A stretch of 64,000 nt of DNA from Candidatus Eiseniibacteriota bacterium. GTDB taxonomy: Bacteria > Eisenbacteria > RBG-16-71-46 > CAIMUX01 > VGJL01. Both the position numbers and the translations under genes were made by a program. Positions 18,256 through 29,147 of this stretch are shown here, piece by piece; within the stretch, counting starts at the first letter, position 1, and each line of letters opens with the position of its first letter. The notes beneath the pieces were generated by a model. The model saw only the letters and a program-made list of their open reading frames with translations. It was not told the DNA's origin and did no database searches. The stretch is taken from positions 800,001 to 864,000 of the forward strand of contig CAWBWI010000003.1 of the NCBI GenBank assembly GCA_963792585.1. The letters run 5' to 3'.

Positions 18256-19614
18256 ATGGAAGAGAAGGCTCTGCTCGAATCCGCGCTCGACGTGCTTCGT
18301 TCCTCCGGTGCCGAAGGAGACGCCTTCCTCGAACACAGGCGCTCCCTGCGCTTGAACGTCCGGGAGGGGCGTCTCGAGGAGATCTCGCGGGCCGAAGTGA
18401 TCGGACTCGGACTTCGCGCCATCAAGAACGGTCGTCTCGGCTTCGCCCACACGACCACCCTCGATGCGGGCGGCGTCGCGAAGGCGGCGCAGAAGGCGCT
18501 CTCCCTTTCCGCGGCGGCGAGTCCGCGCGAGGACCTCTTGCTCGCCGATCCCGCGGGGCCTGGCGACGGAACCGACGAGGGGACGTTGCTGGGAATCTAC
18601 GATCCGGCAATCGAGACGAAACCGATTGGCGAGAAGGTCGAGTGGGCCCGGACGGCCGAGTCGATCGCGCGCGGCTACGAGGTGCGCATCAAGCGCACGG
18701 ATGGAGTGAACTACAACGAGGATCTGGCCAGTTACTGGATCGCGAACACGAAGGGGCTCTTCCGGCACTACCGGCGGAGCCATCTGGACGTGGGCGTGGT
18801 GGTGATTGCCGAGGATCAGGGGGAGATGCAACCGGGTGAGGCCGAGCTGCAATCGCTGAGCTGGGCAGGTCTTCACGACCCCGGAGAGCTGGGCCGGAAG
18901 GCCGGCGAGCGCGCCGTGAGTCTACTCGGAGGTCGTCCCGTGGCGACGGGAAAGTTCCCGGTGGTCTTCTCCCGCGAAGTCGGCTGGACTCTTCTCGTCT
19001 ACCTCTCCGCCGCGCTGAACGGCATGGCGCTCAGCCGCGGCCGCTCCTGGCTCGCGGGCCGCGCCGACGCGAAGATCGGCAGTCCTCTCGTCACGATCCA
19101 CGATGACGGCCGCAAGGCGGACGCGCCCGCCGCCGCACCATTCGACGGCGAGGGGGTCGACACGCGCGACACGGTCCTCATCGACAGCGGAAAGGTCGTG
19201 GGAAGTTTGCGCGATCTCGCATCGGGGAAGCGCTTGAGCCTTCCATCCACCGGTAACTCCCGACGCGACGGCTACGAGGCGTTGCCGGGAATCGGCGCGG
19301 GCAACATCTACCTCGCGCCCGGGACGACCGCGCCCGAGGAGATTCTTGCCAAGGTCGATCGGGGCTTCTGGATCCGGGGGCTGTCGGGATGGTGGGTGGG
19401 CATCGATCCGTCGAACCCTCAGTTCTCGAGCGCCGCATCGGGTCTCTGGATCGAGAAGGGAAAGCCGGTGCAGGCGGTCGCGCGCGTGACCGTGGCCGGG
19501 ACGATCGAGGAGATCCTGAGCGGCATCGAGGAGGTCGGGAACGATCTCCATTGGGATCAGCAGACGAAGACGCCGACCTTCCGTGTCGGCTCGATGACGA
19601 TCTCGGGTTCCTGA
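18256..19614 (+). CDS. pmbA: TldE/PmbA family protein
   Basis: Follows tldD; PFDGEGV, STGNS, FSSAASGLWIEKG, VTVAG; lacks HExxxH as expected for TldE. Confidence 0.85.
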   Translation: MEEKALLESALDVLRSSGAEGDAFLEHRRSLRLNVREGRLEEISRAEVIGLGLRAIKNGRLGFAHTTTLDAGGVAKAAQKALSLSAAASPREDLLLADPAGPGDGTDEGTLLGIYDPAIETKPIGEKVEWARTAESIARGYEVRIKRTDGVNYNEDLASYWIANTKGLFRHYRRSHLDVGVVVIAEDQGEMQPGEAELQSLSWAGLHDPGELGRKAGERAVSLLGGRPVATGKFPVVFSREVGWTLLVYLSAALNGMALSRGRSWLAGRADAKIGSPLVTIHDDGRKADAPAAAPFDGEGVDTRDTVLIDSGKVVGSLRDLASGKRLSLPSTGNSRRDGYEALPGIGAGNIYLAPGTTAPEEILAKVDRGFWIRGLSGWWVGIDPSNPQFSSAASGLWIEKGKPVQAVARVTVAGTIEEILSGIEEVGNDLHWDQQTKTPTFRVGSMTISGS

Positions 19615-19626
19615 TCGGGGGAGTGG

Positions 19627-21057
19627 ATGAAGCGCAAGGCCGCCCGTCTCTACGTGGACGGGCAGTGGATCGACGGCGATGACCTGATCGACATCCGAAG
19701 TCCGTACGATCACGCCCTCGTCGGCAGGCATCACCGTGCCGGCCCGAATCAGGTGGACAAGGCGCTCGCCGCCGCGGCCGTCGCGTTCGCGGCGCACAAG
19801 AACGACATCCCCGCGGAGCGAGCCGCCGTTCTCGATGCGATGGCCGGGATCCTCGCGCGTCGCTCCGAGGAGTTCGCCCAGACGATCTGTGCCGAGGCGG
19901 GCAAGCCGATCCGCTACGCTCGGCTCGAGGTCGAGCGAAGCCTCCACACGATCCGCTGGTCCGCGGAGGAGGCGAAGAGAATCGGGGGCGAGGTGATCCC
20001 GCTCGACGTGATCGCCGCCGGGCGCGGACACGTCGCGATGACGCGGAGGTTTCCGGTCGGCGTGATCCTCGCCATCACGCCGTTCAACTTCCCCTTGAAC
20101 CTCGTCGCCCACAAGGTCGGGCCCGGCCTCGCGGCCGGCTGCGCCGTTGTCCTGCGCCCCGCGTCGCAGACGCCGCTGACGTCGCTCCTGCTCGCGGAGG
20201 TCGCCGAGGAAGCCGGGCTTCCCGCGGGGCTCTTGAACGTCGTCCCGTGCCCGGTCCAACTCGCGGAGACGATGATCGACGACCCTCGCGTGGCGATGGT
20301 GACCTTCACCGGCAGCCCGCTGGTCGGATGGCCGCTCAAGAAGCGCGCGGCGCACCGAAAGGTGACGCTCGAGCTGGGCGGCAACGCGGCGGTCGTCTTC
20401 GATTCCGGCGTGGATCCGATGCCGCTCCTCGGGAGGCTCGCCTCGGCCGCCTATGCGTATGCGGGGCAGAGTTGCATCTCGGCGCAGAGAATCCTCGTTC
20501 CGCGGGAGATCGAGGCGATGTTCGCCGAAGCGTTCACCGTGCACGTGCGGGAGAAGGTTCCTTACGGCGACCCGTCGAACGAGGAGACGATCGCCGGGCC
20601 CCTCATCCGCAGCGAGGAGGCGGACCGGGTGATGGGCTGGATCGGCGAGGCGCGCGAGTCGGGCGCGGAGATCCTTATCGGCGGCCACCGTTCCGAGAAC
20701 GTGGTCGAGCCCACCCTCCTGCGCAAGGTCGACCCGACGCTCCGGATCTCATGTCAGGAAGTCTTCGGCCCGATCGCCGTGATCGACACCTTCACGGACT
20801 TCGAGGATGCCATCCGCAAGGTCAACAACTCCGACTTCGGTCTCCAGGCGGGGGTCTTCACGCACGACATCGATCACGCCTTCCGGGCCTTCCGCGATGT
20901 CGAGGCGGGCGGTGTGCTGATCAACGAGATGCCGACCTGGCGGATCGACCACATGCCATACGGAGGCGTCAAGCAATCCGGCTTCGGCCGCGAGGGCATC
21001 CGCTTCGCGATCGAGGAGATGACCGAACCGAAGCTGCTCGTTCTGAACCTCGCCTGA
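19627..21057 (+). CDS. NAD(P)-dependent aldehyde dehydrogenase
   Basis: ITPFNFPLN, FTGS, LELGGN, AGQSCIS, EVFGP, PYGGVKQSGFGREG. Confidence 0.93.
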   Translation: MKRKAARLYVDGQWIDGDDLIDIRSPYDHALVGRHHRAGPNQVDKALAAAAVAFAAHKNDIPAERAAVLDAMAGILARRSEEFAQTICAEAGKPIRYARLEVERSLHTIRWSAEEAKRIGGEVIPLDVIAAGRGHVAMTRRFPVGVILAITPFNFPLNLVAHKVGPGLAAGCAVVLRPASQTPLTSLLLAEVAEEAGLPAGLLNVVPCPVQLAETMIDDPRVAMVTFTGSPLVGWPLKKRAAHRKVTLELGGNAAVVFDSGVDPMPLLGRLASAAYAYAGQSCISAQRILVPREIEAMFAEAFTVHVREKVPYGDPSNEETIAGPLIRSEEADRVMGWIGEARESGAEILIGGHRSENVVEPTLLRKVDPTLRISCQEVFGPIAVIDTFTDFEDAIRKVNNSDFGLQAGVFTHDIDHAFRAFRDVEAGGVLINEMPTWRIDHMPYGGVKQSGFGREGIRFAIEEMTEPKLLVLNLA

Positions 21058-21150
21058 GGCGGGCGCCCGGCCCCGTCCGCGCTGGGGTGGCGACCGGCGG
21101 CGCCGCGCTGGGCGGACCGCGACGCCGCGGGCGCCCGTCCCTCGATTTCC

Positions 21151-21179
21151 TTGACCCCTCCGGTCGACGGGCCTATCAT
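21151..21179 (+). promoter_or_regulatory. Putative sigma70 promoter for the 21220 gene
   Basis: TTGACC-N17-TATCAT, 40 nt upstream of the ATG. Confidence 0.55.
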
Positions 21180-21219
21180 GATTACGCGCGAACAATGCGC
21201 ATAGCCCGGGAGGTTTCCC

Positions 21220-22071
21220 ATGAGATGGCCGCTGGTTTCCACAGTTCTCCTGCTCGTCGCCGTGTCGATCCTCTCGGTCCCCGTTGAATCGCGGGCGACC
21301 CAATGTTTCTACGGCGACTTCGACACCGACGATGATCCGTGGACGATTCGCACTTCATGCGCGGACGCTTTATGCGACCTCGACTTCATCGTCGAGGCGG
21401 GAGAGATCTCTCCCGCGGGCGAGAACTTCACGATCATTGTGACCGAGGGATGCTGCGACTACCTCTACGAAGGTGATTACGGCACCCTGGTCGAGATGAA
21501 CATGAATTCCGCCTACATCGACTCCTGGAGTGTCAGTTACACGACCTGCACATGTTGTTCGAGCTGGTACATCGACGGGCACTTCCGTTCCGACGCCGTC
21601 TTCGATCCCGGTCAACGCTACGTGATCGGGAGCGGGACCGCGCAACCGCTATGCAACGACACCCATTGGGATTGCATTCCTTCCCATACCTTCCACGCGG
21701 AATTCTGGGTCGAACACATGGGATACTGCGATGGAAATTCGATTGCCATGGAGCTCCAATGCCCAACCTCCGATGCGCCGGATGCCGTCATGGCGGCGGC
21801 CCGTCTGGGCATGCCGTCGCCCAACCCGGTGACGGACGCTCTTCGCTTCACCGTGAATCTGCCCGAGGCGGGCCCGGCGCGCGTGCGCGTCTACGACGCG
21901 AGCGGCGCGATCGTGGCGACACTCGTCGATGAGGAGTTCGCTGCGGGCACCCATCCACAGGCCTGGCGACCGGTGGACGCGCGCGGGTCGCGCCTGGCGA
22001 GCGGGATCTACTTCCTGCGCCTGGATGCGAGCGGCGTGCGCGCCTCGCGTCCGTTCGTGGTCGCTCGTTGA
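21220..22071 (+). CDS. Secreted Cys-rich protein with C-terminal FlgD-Ig domain
   Basis: GGAGG RBS; signal peptide; about 12 Cys in the N-terminal domain; tail PSPNP...VYDASG...ASGIYFLRL. Confidence 0.8.
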   Translation: MRWPLVSTVLLLVAVSILSVPVESRATQCFYGDFDTDDDPWTIRTSCADALCDLDFIVEAGEISPAGENFTIIVTEGCCDYLYEGDYGTLVEMNMNSAYIDSWSVSYTTCTCCSSWYIDGHFRSDAVFDPGQRYVIGSGTAQPLCNDTHWDCIPSHTFHAEFWVEHMGYCDGNSIAMELQCPTSDAPDAVMAAARLGMPSPNPVTDALRFTVNLPEAGPARVRVYDASGAIVATLVDEEFAAGTHPQAWRPVDARGSRLASGIYFLRLDASGVRASRPFVVAR

Positions 22072-22144
22072 TATGGAACGACCCTGAGTCAAGGCACTGA
22101 TTCAGTGGGGCGATCTTCTCTCTGCCGTGGGAGAAGGTCGCCCC
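22072..22144 (+). repeat. Stop-codon-anchored element, copy 1 (motif plus 38-nt hairpin at 22107-22144)
   Basis: TGA-N6-ACGACCCTGAGTCAAG; hairpin GGGGCGATCTTCTCTC-TGCCGT-GGGAGAAGGTCGCCCC starts 35 nt after the stop. Confidence 0.75.
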
Positions 22145-22663
22145 TCTGCTTCCTACCGGGCGTCATGATCGTGGTCCGACGGAGTCGGCGTCGGGGTGCG
22201 AGACGCCGGAGCCGGAGAACCCTTCGTAAGCCGCCCGCTCCGGATAGCCAGCTGTCGATCCACGGATTCGCGAGCTGAGCGCGCCATGGCGGGAGTGGCC
22301 ATGATCGGAAGTCTTTCACTCTGACGTGCTAGTCTGCGAGCCTGTGCCCCTGCAATCGTCGACCGGGACAGCTGATCTCTGATTCGACCTTCTTGGTCCG
22401 CGTCAGCGAAGGGACCGAGCTTCCTCCAATACACCTGCTCCTTACGTTCCTTGCGGGAGTATACTCATCCCGCCTTCAACTACGCGGAGCCGACCGGAAG
22501 GGCACTTACCGTGAGAGCCGCGCGCTTGATCCCATTGATTTCCGATGAGTACGAGCAGTGGAGTGGGTAACCGTCCGTTGACCCGAGATCACCAATCCGC
22601 TTGAACGCTTGGCGTCATGCTGCTGCTCGGAGCCGATTGGGACAAAGGGAAAGGGGCCGCCAG
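22106..22663 (+). repeat. ~560-bp non-coding direct repeat, copy 1, upstream of propeller gene A
   Basis: Colinear and highly similar to 28591-29147. Confidence 0.9.
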
Positions 22664-25600
22664 ATGAAGAACCAAGGGTCGTTGCGGACCGGATGCCTCT
22701 GTTTGGGTCTCTGTTTGATCTTCGTGATGCTCTGTCCGGCGGTTGGAATTGCTGGCTTGCCGACGCTTGGGACCACTCATCGCGGAAGCGGCCCCCCGGC
22801 GGTGCTGCTCGGGGACAGGGACGGATGGTGGGACGAGCCACCGGATTTCAACGGAGAGGTACTAGATTCAGAGATCATTGGTGTCTTTGGGCTCGAAACC
22901 GAGGTCGCAAACGACTTCTACTCCACGTCGCCGACGACCATCTTTGAAGCCGTGTGGTGGGGAGAGTACTACAACAACGATGGAACCGGGCCAAACGTCT
23001 CTGCATTCAACTTGCGATTCTACGATGACGCGGGTGGCGTTCCGAGCTCCATCGTGGCTGAGTATCTCGAGTCTGTCCCGATGGACACGTTCACCGTGGG
23101 TCAGGGCACCGAGGGACCCGTCTACGAGTACCATGCTGCCGTGTCGGCCAATATCGGAGCGGGAACATACTGGTTCTCGGTTCAAGCATGCGACCACGTG
23201 TTCCCGCCGCAATGGGGTCGCGTAGCAGCGGGGCAGGTAACCGGCCATCAAGCTACGTTTCGTTCCGAGTACTTCTCGTTCCCGGACTGGACTCGTAGTG
23301 TGGAAGTTTTTGGCGTCGCTCTGGATGCAAGTCAGCGATTCTATGCAGCCCCTCCCATTCCCGGAGCGTGCTGCTTCATAGATCTGCGTTGCGAGTCCCT
23401 CATGCCAGTGGACTGTCGCCGGCTCGGGGGGGCATACCAGGGGCCCGAAAGCTCCTGTGACCCGAATCCGTGCCCGTCGAGTCCGATGGCCTGCTGTTTT
23501 CCCGATGGGCACTGCGAGAGAAATGTCTCAGACTGCGTGCGCGGAAGGAGGGGGATCATCCGGCATCGACTTGAGCTGCGATCCCAATCCCTGTTCGCAG
23601 CCCTCGATGGCCTGCTGCTTCGCGGACTTGCACTGCGAGTTCGTCACGGAGAGCATTTGCTTCTCCGAAGGTGGACGTCCACAAGGCTACCCAAGCAACT
23701 GCGACGAGGCATCCTGTCCGCGGCTCGGCGCCTGCTGCAATCCAGCAACGGGAAGCTGTCTGCTCGTGGGTGAGGACCAGTGCATGGCCCCCAGCGTCTG
23801 GATGGGCGATGGAACGGTCTGCCTTCCGAATCCATGCCCTCTGCCGCCCGGCGGCGCGATCGTGGCGTGGGGGAAGAACTGGTCCGGCCAGTGCGAGGTC
23901 CCCGCGCCGAACGCCGACTTCGTGGCGATTGCGGGAGGCAGCGAACACAGCCTGGGTCTCAAGTCCGATAGCTCCATCGTGACCTGGGGGATCGGGCCGG
24001 GTGATCCGCCCGCGCCAAACACGGGTTTCGTGGCGATTGCTGCGGGCAGTCAGCACAGCCTGGGCCTGAAGTCCGACGGCTCCGTCGTGGCATGGGGGAA
24101 CGGCGCCAACGGCCAGTGCAACGTGCCTTTGCCGAACACAGGCTTCGTCGCTATCGCGGCAGGCGAAGCCCACAGCCTGGGCCTGAAGTCCGACGGCTCC
24201 GTCGTGGTATGGGGGTATGACCTGGGCAACGTCCCCGCGCCGAACAGCGGCTTCGTGGCGGTTGCGGCGGGGACTTACCACAGCCTGGGTCTCAAGGCCG
24301 ATGGGGCGATCGTGGCATGGGGGTGGAACTACGGCGGCGAGTGCGACGTCCCCGCACCGAACGCCGACTTCGTGGCGGTTGCGGGGGGCTCGAACCATAG
24401 TATGGGCGTGAAGTCCGACGGTAGGATCGTTGCCTGGGGGCCGAACAACGAGGGTCAGTGCAACGTCCCCTCGCCAAACAATGGCTTCGTGGCGGTTGCG
24501 GCAGGCGACAGGTTTAGTCTGGGTTTGAAGGCCGACGGGACGATCGTGGCCTGGGGGCGCAACAGTTTTGGCCAGTGCGATATCCCCACCCCGAACGCCG
24601 GTTTCGTTGCGGTCGCGGCGGGCTACCAACACAGTCTGGGGTTGGGCCCGCAGGCGCCGGTCGGAGCCTGCTGCAATCCGTCCACGGGCGACTGCACGGT
24701 GACGATCCAGGGGAACTGCAGCTACGACTGGCACGGCGAGTGGACGACCTGCGAGCCGAATCCATGTCCACAGCCTCAAGGCGCGTGCTGTGATCCCGCG
24801 ACCGGAGCCTGCACAGTCACTGCACCACTAGAGTGTGCCGCTCCAAACGTCTGGCACGGGGAGTGGACGACCTGCGCCCCGAATCCCTGTCCGCTGCTGG
24901 GCGCCTGCTGCATTCCAACGACGGGAAGCTGCCAGCAGGTGACCGAGGACCAATGCACCTCCCCCCGTACATGGTTGGGCCCGGGAACGGACTGTTTTCC
25001 GAATCCGTGCCCTCAGCCACCCAGCGGTTCGATCGTGGCCTGGGGATACAACGGCGACGGTCTGTCCAACGTGCCCGCACCCAACATCGACTTCGTGGCG
25101 GTTGCGGCGGGCGTGGTGCACAGCATGGGCCTGAAGACCGACGGGACGATCGCGGCCTGGGGGCAAAACGACAATGGCCAGTGCAACATCCCCGCGCCGA
25201 ACACCGGTTTCGTGGCGATATCAGCGGGTGGAGCTCACAGCTTGGGACTCAAGACGGATGGATCCATCGTCGCATGGGGGTCCAACTGGACAGGCCAGTG
25301 CAACGTCCCCGCACCAAACACAGGTTTCATTGCCATCGGAGGTGGAGGGGGACACAGCCTGGGTCTCAAGGCCGATGGGACGATCGTGGCCTGGGGGCAG
25401 AACGACTACGGCCAGTGCAACGTCCCCACCCCGAACGTCGGTTTCGTGGCGGTCGCGGCGCGGGACTTTCACAGCCTGGGCCAGAAATCCGACGGCACGA
25501 TCGTGGCCTGGGGGAGGAACGACTACGGTCAGTGCGATGTGCCCGCGCCGAACACCGGATTCGTGGGGCTCGGAGTGGGGTCCTACTTCAGCCTGGGCGT

Positions 25601-28556
25601 GAAGGCCGATGGGACGATCGTAGGCTGGGGCAGCAACTATGAGGGCCAGCTCGATGTGCCGGTGCCGAACACCGATTTCGTGGCGGTCGCGGCGGGCGGG
25701 ATGCACAGCATGGGCTTGAAGGCCGACGGGACGATCTTGGCCTGGGGGGGCAACGACTTTGGCCAATGCAACGTCCCCACGCAGAACGCAGGCTTCGCGG
25801 CGATTGCGGCGGGCTCGGCCCACAGCCTGAGTTTGGGCCCGGAGGTTGGCGCGTGCTGCCAATCGGATGGAACCTGCACGCTGACGACTGAAGCCAACTG
25901 CCTGCCCCCAGGGGGATGGCAGGGTGTTGGTTCCGTTTGCGTTCCCAATCCATGCTTCCAGCCGCCCGGCGCGTGCTGTAACCCGACGAACGGAGCCTGC
26001 ACAATCACAACGCCACCTGAGTGTGTCGCTCCCAACGTCTGGCACGGGGAGTGGACAACCTGTGCGCCGAATCCGTGTCCGCAGCCTGAAGCCTGTTGCT
26101 TTGCGGACGGGCACTGCACAATGGTTCTCCCATTGGACTGTCAGCAGTCGAGCGGCGAGCCGCAAGGGGCTGGAACAGACTGCGACCCGAACCCCTGTCC
26201 GCAACCTTCGATGGCTTGTTGTTTCCCGGATGGGAATTGTGAGTTCACCACGGAAAGCGTTTGCCGTTCCGAGGGCGGGAACCCGCAAGGGTACCCAAGC
26301 ACTTGCGACGAAGTGTCCTGTCTACTGCTGGGCGCATGCTGCAATCCGGCAACAGGAAACTGCCTGCTGGTGACCGAGGACCTGTGTACGTCCCCCAGAG
26401 TCTGGATGGGTGTGGGAACGGACTGCCTTCCGAATCCATGCCCTCAGCCGCCCGGTGGCTCGATCTTGGTATGGGGGGATTGCAGCAGTCACCGGTGCGA
26501 GGTCCCTGCACCCAACGGCGACTTTGTGGCGGTTGCCGGGGGTGAACTTCACAACCTGGGCCTGAAATCCGACGGGACGATCGTAGCCTGGGGGTCCAAT
26601 GGAGCCGGCCAGTGCAATGTTCCGGCGCCCAACGCCGACTTCGTTGCTGTCGCCGCAGGGTCCGCGTCCCGCTACAGCCTGGGCCTGAAGTCCGACGGCA
26701 GAATCGTGGCATGGGGGAGCAACAACTACGGCCAGTGCAACGTCCCAGCGTCGAACGCGGATTTCGTGGCGGTTGCGGCGGGTACCTATCACGCCCTGGG
26801 CCTGAAGTCCGGCGGGACAATCGTGGCTTGGGGGTGGAATGAGTACGGTCAGTGCGACGTCCCCACACCCAACGCAAACTTCGTAGCGGTCGCGGCGGGC
26901 GGGGGTCACAGCCTGGGCCTCAAGTCCAATGGGACGATCGTGGCGTGGGGAGCCAACTTCCACGGCCAGTGTAGTGTCCCCGCGCCGAATGCCGACTTCA
27001 TTGCGATCGCGGCGGGGGGCTACGACCACAGCCTGGGTCTGAAGTCCGGCGGCAGAATCGTGGTATGGGGGTGGAACGAGGTCGGTGAGTGCGACGTTCC
27101 CGCGCCAAACTCTGACTTCGTGATGGCAGCGGGGGGCGCACGACATTCCCTGGGCCTCAAATCCGATGGCTCCATCGTGGCCTGGGGGTATAACGGCCAG
27201 GGCCAGTGCAACATCCCTGCCCCGAACACCGGCTTCGTGGCGGTCGCGGGAGGCGGCCATCACAGCCTGGGTTTGGGACCGCAGGTCGGTGCCTGCTGCC
27301 AGTCGAATGGAACCTGCACGTTGACGACGGAAGCCGACTGCCTGCCTCCAGCGCAGTGGCAGGGCGCTGGTTCCGTCTGCGTTCCCAATCCCTGCCCGCT
27401 GCCCATCGGCGCCTGCTGCAATCCGACCACAGGGGGCTGTTCGGTGACGCAGCAGGCGAACTGCAGCTACAACTGGCACGGGGAGTGGACGACGTGTACA
27501 CCGAATCCGTGTCCGCAGCCTCAAGGCGCGTGCTGCAACCTCACGACTGGAGCCTGCACAATCACAACGCCACCGGAGTGTGTCGCTCCAAACGTCTGGC
27601 ACGGGGAGTGGACGACGTGTGAGCCGAACCCGTGTCCGCAGCCTATCGGCGCGTGCTGCAACCCGACGACCGGAGCGTGCAGCGTCACAACGCCACCCGA
27701 GTGTGTCGCTCCGAACGTCTGGCACGGGGAGTGGACGACCTGTACGCCGAATCCGTGCCCGCAGCCTCAGGGCGCATGCTGTAGCCCCGCGACCGGAGCC
27801 TGCACCGTCACAACTCCACCTGAGTGTGTCGCTCCCAATGTCTGGCACGGGGAGTGGACGACGTGCGAGCCGAATCCGTGCCCTCAGCCTCAAGGCGCGT
27901 GCTGTAACCCCACGACCGGAGCGTGCACCGTCACAACGCCACCTGAGTGTGTCGCTCCCAACGTCTGGCACGGCGAGTGGACGAGCTGCGAACCGAATCC
28001 TTGTCCACAACCTCAAGGCGCGTGCTGCAACCCGACAACCGGGGCCTGCGCAATCACGACGTCCCTTGAGTGCATCGCTCCAAACGTCTGGCACGGGGAG
28101 TGGACGACCTGTGAGCCGAACCCGTGCCCCCGTCCGGGAGCTTGCTGCCACGCCGACGGCACATGCACGCTCACATTCCAGGAAGACTGCCAGCCTCCGG
28201 ACAACTATCAAGGAGAAGGAACGCTCTGCCTGGGCAATCAGTGTCCGCCTTCCGCTATCGAGGGGACATCCCAGATTGCGGAGTCGCTGGTTCTCACTCT
28301 GGCCCCTAACCCAAGCTCCCGAGACGTCTCGATCCTGTTCGGCTTGCCCGCGGCAACGGCGATCAGCTTGGAGATCTTCAACGCGGCTGGAGCACTCGTG
28401 CGGCAGCTCGTGGAGGGCCAACTGCCGGCCGGTTCCTTCTCGACGCAATGGGACGGAAAGGATGACAACGGCCGGGAGGTGCCGACAGGGATCTATTTCG
28501 CCCGGATTGTGACGGCACACGGAACCAGGACGGGACGGGTGATTCTGGCCAGATGA
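22664..28556 (+). CDS. Giant secreted protein A: N-terminal domain, Cys-rich GACC repeats, three 7-bladed RCC1/BLIP-II-like propellers, FlgD-Ig tail; frameshift ~23521
   Basis: ORFs 22601-23773 and 23457-28556 join at HCE/MSQTAC, matching paralog B; 21 repeats of IVAWGxNxxGQCxVPxPNxxFVAVAAGxxHSLGLK; tail APNPS...WDGKDDNG...GIYFAR. Confidence 0.85.
27525..28139 (+). repeat. Five 123-bp tandem repeats encoding GACCNPTTGAC...WHGEWTTCEPNPC
   Basis: Units start at 27525, 27648, 27771, 27894 and 28017; an equivalent array lies at 33733-34347. Confidence 0.88.
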
Positions 28557-28629
28557 AATGAGGTAATCCTGGGCCAAGCTTCCGAGTCGCTGGGGCGATC
28601 CTCTCTCTGACATGGGAGAGGGTCGCCCC
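28557..28629 (+). repeat. Stop-codon-anchored element, copy 2 (hairpin 28592-28629)
   Basis: TGA-N6-GTAATCCTGGGCCAAG; hairpin GGGGCGATCCTCTCTC-TGACAT-GGGAGAGGGTCGCCCC starts 35 nt after the stop. Confidence 0.75.
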
Positions 28630-29147
28630 CCTGCTTCGTACCGGGCCTCATGATCATCTTCCGACGGAGTCTGCGTCGGGGTGCGAGATGCTGGAGCCGG
28701 AGAACCCTTCGTAAGCCGCCCGCTCCGGATAGCCAGCGATCGATCCACGGATTCGCGAGCTGAGCGCGCCTTGGCGGGAGTGGCCACGATCGGAAGTCCT
28801 TCACTCTGACGTACTAGTCCGCGAGGCTGTGCCCCTGCAATCGTCGACCGGGACGGCAGATCCTTGATTCGACCTTCTTGGTCGGCCTCTGCGAATAGAC
28901 CGAGCTTCCTCCAATAGACCTGCTCCTTACGTTCCTTGCGGGAGTATACTCATTCCGCCTTCAATTACGCGGAGCCGACCGGACAGGCACTGACCGTGAG
29001 AGCCGCGAACTTGATCCCATTGATTTCCGATGAGTACGAGCAGTGGAGCGGGTGACTGTCCGTTCGCCCGAGATCACCAATCCACTTGAACGCGTGGCGT
29101 CATGCTGCTGCTCGGAGCCGACTGGGACAAAGGGAAGGGGCCGCCAG
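28591..29147 (+). repeat. ~560-bp non-coding direct repeat, copy 2, upstream of propeller gene B
   Basis: Colinear with 22106-22663; offset about 6485 bp. Confidence 0.9.

Noticed and set aside
22072..22144. Classical integron attC site
   Set aside because: No RYYYAAC/GTTRRRY ends bracket the hairpin and no intI is present; kept only as an unclassified element.
22089..22434. Short minus-strand ORFs present in both copies of the 560-bp repeat
   Set aside because: Stops differ between copies, changes are not biased to synonymous sites and no family is recognisable; explained by DNA duplication.
27525..28139. CRISPR-like periodic repeats
   Set aside because: 123-bp in-frame coding repeats with no unique spacers and no cas genes.
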